64,000 nt of DNA. Origin: a virus. Its lineage: Duplodnaviria; Caudoviricetes. Of this stretch, positions 63,410 through 64,000 are shown piece after piece. A model generated the notes under the pieces. The model searched no databases, was not told where the DNA came from, and was given only the letters and a program-made list of their open reading frames with translations. Each line of letters begins with the position of its first letter. Position 1 is the stretch's first letter. A program made the translations under genes and the position numbers. The DNA lies in the IMG/VR virus record IMGVR_UViG_3300021958_000002, positions 6 to 64,005 of that record. One strand, given 5' to 3'.

Positions 63410-64000
63410 ATGAAAAAATTCTTTCTTTTTAAAAGAGAAGAACCTCAAGAGTATCACAACTCAAAGTCTGATACTGGTGAGGCTTTAAGCATTCTTGCCA
63501 TCCCAGCAGACAGCCTTTCTTACATGACGGCTGCAAAGGGTTCTGTAGACATTCTGTTCAACAACGCCTCCCCATACGAGGAGAGCAACCTGACTGACGG
63601 GGAATCTATTGAGAAGACTGAGGTCAGAGTAGGATGCCAGCAAGGAAGGGAGCTGGAGCTGATGGAGGCCATCATGAACTTTATCTCTCGCGACTCTAAG
63701 CAAAACATCATGCGCTTTGATGCGCTAGAGATTGCAAACACTTTCCCTGAGAACTCAGGTTTCACGACAATCAACGCCAAGGTAAGACAAAACCCAATCA
63801 AGCGTGTTGACCAGTCAATCAGCACACAGACCTTTATTGGGGTGGATAACACTTCTGGTGCTTTGACGCCAGCAACAACCACAATAGCTGGAATAGACTT
63901 CTTAAGTGCTAGCAACTTACCAATCATTGATTACAATGAGGTTGTTCTTGAGGGAAAAAGCTACAGTGATGGAGCAAACATAACGCACTGGGATAATGAT
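63410..64000 (+). CDS. 5' part of the origin-spanning structural protein (MKKFFLFKREEP...), continues to 677
   Basis: Open to the window end; the last codons ANITHWDND coincide with the window start. Confidence 0.8.
   Translation, partial: MKKFFLFKREEPQEYHNSKSDTGEALSILAIPADSLSYMTAAKGSVDILFNNASPYEESNLTDGESIEKTEVRVGCQQGRELELMEAIMNFISRDSKQNIMRFDALEIANTFPENSGFTTINAKVRQNPIKRVDQSISTQTFIGVDNTSGALTPATTTIAGIDFLSASNLPIIDYNEVVLEGKSYSDGANITHWDND
63975..64000. repeat. Terminal overlap (circularity signature), copy 2
   Basis: Identical to 1-26. Confidence 0.97.

Noticed and set aside
63975-64000. The 26-nt terminal identity as a biological direct terminal repeat
   Set aside because: It falls mid-ORF and is best explained as assembly or window wrap-around of a circular contig

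Overview
The window is one complete, circularly permuted dsDNA phage genome. Bases 63975-64000 repeat bases 1-26 exactly, and an ORF reads in frame across the join, giving a unit length of 63,974 bp. The host is very probably a Bacteroidota (likely aquatic Flavobacteriales), judged from TAnnTTTG promoters, A-rich starts without Shine-Dalgarno sites, a BT4734/VirE-N-type primase domain and a dockerin-bearing M43 protease. The plus strand carries a crAss-like podovirus virion module (TerL, portal, scaffold-like protein, MCP, ring proteins, muzzle, cargo proteins, fibres), lysis genes and two tRNAs. The minus strand (about 19.6-32.5 kb) carries a minimal replication/recombination module and about 20 small early genes. 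I found no DNA polymerase, RNA polymerase, RNR, integrase, reverse transcriptase or CRISPR array. The most notable observations are: (1) a group of probable capsid-cargo proteins sharing an MR[S/P]xK / YxxGG..DP tag, in an operon ending in a zincin protease; (2) a muzzle gene split at a ~450-aa insertion ending in a dockerin-like motif that also occurs on a secreted M43 protease; (3) an HNH gene wedged between two tRNAs with its stop codon inside the second tRNA; (4) a free-standing 44-aa peptide resembling the redox C-terminal tail of RNR alpha; (5) a promoter-driven structured ncRNA candidate; and (6) many apparently leaderless transcripts. All product calls come from motif recognition by eye, with no database search.
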